Shown here in pieces: positions 41,985 to 42,104 of a DNA stretch of 42,104 bases. Below the pieces are notes generated by a model. It saw only the letters and a program-made list of their open reading frames with translations. It searched no databases and had not been told where the DNA came from. The stretch is taken from the IMG/VR virus record IMGVR_UViG_3300024996_000054, positions 1-42,104 of that record. The stretch is one strand, 5' to 3'. Position numbers and translations under genes: made by a program. Each line of letters begins with the position of its first letter. Position 1 is the stretch's first letter. The stretch is from a virus (lineage: Duplodnaviria; Caudoviricetes).

Positions 41985-42104
41985 CTTCAGTCCCTGAGTG
42001 GGCACTGCGTTTGCGCCGCCGTTCGCCACAAGCGTCTGAAGCAACCGGGACTTCGATCCCATGATGCGGACCTCGCCCTCGGCGACTTCGACCCGCTGGG
42101 CGAG
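41970..42104 (-). CDS. C-terminus of a probable large serine recombinase of an adjacent island (partial)
   Basis: Not in the ORF track. LAQRVEVAEGEVRIMGSKSRLLQTLVANGGANAVPTQGLKWRKG*; the stop lies inside the tRNA 3' end. Confidence 0.7.
   Translation of the reverse strand, partial: LAQRVEVAEGEVRIMGSKSRLLQTLVANGGANAVPTQGLKWRKG

Overview
Almost the whole window (1275-41933, ~40.7 kb) is an apparently complete temperate prophage with podovirus-like morphogenesis genes, in a GC-rich alphaproteobacterium (Rhizobiales-type signals). It is integrated at the anticodon loop of tRNA-Ser(TGA) next to host rlpA. The duplicated att core is the 5' half of the tRNA, so the intact tRNA at the right end has a phage-supplied 5' flank. 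A second element, seen only as the C-terminus of a probable large serine recombinase, abuts the 3' end of the same tRNA. From right to left the prophage carries a tyrosine integrase with an RHH-type regulator, then divergent xis/AlpA/ParB/initiator (with iterons)/helicase/primase genes, a late regulator, morons (PRC-barrel, Cys-repeat secreted protein, BrnTA), terminase-portal-capsid-tail-ejection genes, a tail fibre, a lysis cassette and an accessory left arm. The most interesting signal is that the cargo appears wired into host stress regulons: several sigma-EcfG-type promoters driving unannotated microproteins and a duplicated two-hairpin candidate sRNA, a ROSE thermometer plus RpoH-like promoters on a small heat-shock cassette bracketed by 150-bp repeats, and a LexA box. 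All product calls come from motif recognition by eye; no database searches were run.
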